Positions 48,650 through 50,968 of a stretch of 50,968 nt of DNA are shown one piece after another (within the stretch, counting starts at the first letter, position 1; each line of letters begins with the position of its first letter). The notes beneath the pieces were generated by a model. The model worked only from the letters and a program-made list of their open reading frames with translations, did no database searches and was not told the origin of the DNA. The position numbers and the translations under genes were made by a program. Location of the stretch: the NCBI GenBank assembly GCA_964631145.1, contig CAZVXT010000001.1, positions 1 to 50,968 on the forward strand, read 5' to 3'. The stretch is from an uncultured Candidatus Saccharibacteria bacterium. Lineage in GTDB: Bacteria > Patescibacteriota > Doudnabacteria > UBA920.

Positions 48650-49294
48650 TTATAACCCTTTAACTTTTACTTTTTTAGTTTTAGCCTTTGCTGCTTTAGG
48701 GATTATGACAGTTAAAATTCCGCTCTTCAAATCTGCTTCAATATTTTCACTATCAATATCTACCGGCACTAAGACACTGCGAGAAAAGTTTCCGTAATAA
48801 CATTCTTGATAGAAGTAATCTTCGTTATCAATTTTTTCTTCACGATAACGAGTTCCTTTGATTGTAACCATATCATTAGCAACAGTTATATCTATATCAG
48901 CAGGACTTACCCCAGCAATAGTTGACTTGATAATTACATTATCTTTGGTCTGATACATATCTATATTTAGAGCACCTTCATAGTCAGCCATCCAATCTTC
49001 GTCCTGTTTGGTATTCATTCCAGCAGATACAGGTTGCGGAATCTCTTCTTCAGGATCAGATTCTACAGCCACCATTTCTTCTTGGTAATTTTCTTCGTAC
49101 CCAGACTCATCATCCTCTTCTAACTCATCTTCTGCCAAATCTTCGTCAGTAAGTTCTTCTGCCTCATCCAAATCCTCCTCGTCTTCCTCTGCCTCATACT
49201 CATCAGCTGGGTATTCTACGATCTTTTCTTCTTCGTCTTCAGTTACATCCCCTCCCATAATTTTTCCGAAAAATGATTGTTTTTGTCTAGCCAT
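48650..49294 (-). CDS. Hsp20/alpha-crystallin small heat-shock protein with long acidic N-terminus
   Basis: LNIDMYQTKDNVII...DIDITV...GNFSRSVLVP...GILTVIIPK. Confidence 0.92.
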   Translation of the reverse strand: MARQKQSFFGKIMGGDVTEDEEEKIVEYPADEYEAEEDEEDLDEAEELTDEDLAEDELEEDDESGYEENYQEEMVAVESDPEEEIPQPVSAGMNTKQDEDWMADYEGALNIDMYQTKDNVIIKSTIAGVSPADIDITVANDMVTIKGTRYREEKIDNEDYFYQECYYGNFSRSVLVPVDIDSENIEADLKSGILTVIIPKAAKAKTKKVKVKGL

Positions 49295-49351
49295 ACTTTT
49301 ATGTTATATCTTAATTCTTCTTTTTTATACTAGCCAAGTTATTTTAGTAAG

Positions 49352-50476
49352 TCAAACTTTGTTTAACATTGATTTTATTGCGTTTAACAATACTTCACCT
49401 TCTTTATTCTTTTGAGTTATTTCGTTTATCTTATCTGTTTCATATTGCTCATCAAGGTTGTTTAAAATGTTACCAGCTCTTTCTAACAACGTTTCTGGGG
49501 TTAAGACTTTTGGCATAGAATTTACTAAATGATGTTTTATCAGATAATTGTAGTTGGCTATTTCTTGTCCTGGTAAAGTGTGGCTAATTAATATTTTAGT
49601 GCCTGCCTGAAAGCACTCTGCTAAAGTTAAACCTCCAGGTTTGGTAATAATCAAACTTGCAACTTGATAAACAGGTTTTAAATTTTCATAAAAACTTAAA
49701 GGTATAAATAAGTCTGATTTGTTTGATAATAAACTGTTGTATAAATTTTTATTTTTACCACATGCAACTACCAAACATTTATCTTGATGTTTCTGATTAA
49801 ACAGCTTGGCAAAATTTAATATAAAATTTTTATCAATTCCTATACCTAAAGAACCACTTGCTAAAATTACAATCTCCTTATTTGATGGTAAACCAAATTC
49901 ACTTTTTACCCTATCTAAGTTTTCTTTCACAAATGGTTGAAGAGTAACACCGCAAACATAAATTTTATTTTCAGGTATACCCAAACTAATCATCTCTTGT
50001 TTCTGTTCTTCTATGTTCGCCAAGTACACATCAACTTCATTGTATAACCAAAATTTATGCAAATGATAATCGCTAAAACCAGTGACCAATTTTCCATTAA
50101 ATTTTTTTTCTTTTTTTAAAGAAGCTACGACTGCGGTAGCAGTAGTTTGGGTAGTAATAATTATTTCGGGTTCAAATTTTTGTATTAGAGAATTTAAATG
50201 CTCTGAGTTTTTTTTAGCAAGAGGTACCCTCAGTGGTCTGCCTATAAAATTTACCAACTCACTAAAGTACATCCAGTGCCAGACAAATGGAAATTTTGTA
50301 TTAATAATAGAATGCAACCAAACTCCAAATTTACCAGCCTCCCCTGTTTCTACTTTTAAAATATCTTCTTTCAAAACTTCATAACCAGCTTGAGATAAAT
50401 GCCAAGCCATATTGTCCGCAATATATTTATGTCCCATACCAATAGAGGTATAGAGAATTAAAATTTTATTTTTCAT
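49352..50476 (-). CDS. GT28 family glycosyltransferase (MGDG synthase/UgtP-like)
   Basis: SIGMGH, SDYHLHKFW, VACGKNKNLY, LIITKPGGLTLAEC, PGQE..N. Confidence 0.9.
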   Translation of the reverse strand: MKNKILILYTSIGMGHKYIADNMAWHLSQAGYEVLKEDILKVETGEAGKFGVWLHSIINTKFPFVWHWMYFSELVNFIGRPLRVPLAKKNSEHLNSLIQKFEPEIIITTQTTATAVVASLKKEKKFNGKLVTGFSDYHLHKFWLYNEVDVYLANIEEQKQEMISLGIPENKIYVCGVTLQPFVKENLDRVKSEFGLPSNKEIVILASGSLGIGIDKNFILNFAKLFNQKHQDKCLVVACGKNKNLYNSLLSNKSDLFIPLSFYENLKPVYQVASLIITKPGGLTLAECFQAGTKILISHTLPGQEIANYNYLIKHHLVNSMPKVLTPETLLERAGNILNNLDEQYETDKINEITQKNKEGEVLLNAIKSMLNKV

Positions 50477-50525
50477 ACTTTGATATTATCATAATTAAAA
50501 AACTAGCGCTTTGCTAGTTTTGTTA

Positions 50526-50968
50526 TTAATCAACTAATTTTAATCGACTCCACTTTGATAACCAATTCTTTTTTTGAACTCGGTACAAAAATTTTTCTTT
50601 ACCTCCAATAAACCTTGGAGACATTTTTAATCTTAGGGAAAATAAATCATCTAATCCGTATGGCGCAATTACTTTTAAGCTACCATCTTCAAGCATTCTG
50701 ACACCAATCGCTGTAGCAGTTTCTGGGAAACGACTTATTGCGTCTTCTGAAGAAATATAGTCATCTTTCTCTCCATTTACTTTTGCCATTCGAACTTGAT
50801 TGGTAACAGACCATTCTGCAGAAAGTTTTTGATTTAACAAATCTTGTAAATGCAATTCATGTTCTTCTGACAAATTTTCTTTGTCATAATAAACAACATC
50901 AATATCTGATAATGGAGTTGGGTTTGATAAATGATGCAAATCATCCCAAACCAGATTTCTTACAAAAC
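50526..50968 (-). CDS. DUF925-type nucleotidyltransferase family protein (5'-truncated by the window)
   Basis: Frame stays open to the right edge: FVRNLVWDDLH...SDIDVVYYD...WSVTNQVRM...FPETATAIG...APYGLDDLF. Confidence 0.85.
   Translation of the reverse strand, partial: FVRNLVWDDLHHLSNPTPLSDIDVVYYDKENLSEEHELHLQDLLNQKLSAEWSVTNQVRMAKVNGEKDDYISSEDAISRFPETATAIGVRMLEDGSLKVIAPYGLDDLFSLRLKMSPRFIGGKEKFLYRVQKKNWLSKWSRLKLVD

Noticed and set aside
9745-50384. Remaining short + strand ORFs antisense to core genes (e.g. 23764-24090, 27921-28250, 41914-42204, 44699-45019, 50082-50384)
   Set aside because: They lie fully within well-supported minus-strand genes and are shadow ORFs.
1-50968. CRISPR array, rRNA genes, IS elements
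   Set aside because: No regularly spaced short repeats with unique spacers, no rRNA signatures, no transposase ORFs or terminal inverted repeats seen.

Overview
This AT-rich bacterial chromosome segment has almost all genes on the minus strand. The gene set and style suggest a Patescibacteria/CPR (Parcubacteria-like) genome; this is inference. Style cues: core genes without Shine-Dalgarno (SD) sites, a VirB2/TrbC-like pilin array and giant surface proteins. The core scaffold, in minus-strand order, is GT28, hsp20, ftsK, rodZ-like, recA, DnaQ-DinG-like, dksA-like, lspA, comM, galU, solute-binding lipoprotein, 8 tandem pilin-like genes, tRNA-Leu, ftsH, tRNA-Val, rnc, smc, rpsP, khpA, trmD, rluD and rplS. 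Accessory genes, often with their own promoter, SD and terminator, are interleaved in this scaffold. The ORF track misses a >2118-aa tail-fibre-like membrane-anchored protein (6355 to beyond the left edge) and a 46-aa small ORF (41651-41791). Best candidates for novel biology: (i) a three-gene island between 43-bp imperfect direct repeats, encoding a MetRS-fold pseudo-synthetase, an alpha/beta hydrolase and a Pol-beta nucleotidyltransferase; (ii) two related modules, each a secreted HExxH zincin plus a Cys-bounded Ig-repeat surface protein, that share a homologous promoter/leader; (iii) a promoter-driven, ORF-less, highly structured ~470-nt RNA with RNase P-like pseudoknot topology but none of the consensus sequence; (iv) repeated reuse of promoter/RBS or terminator sequences as cassette boundaries. 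All family assignments come from motif recognition by eye; no database searches were run.
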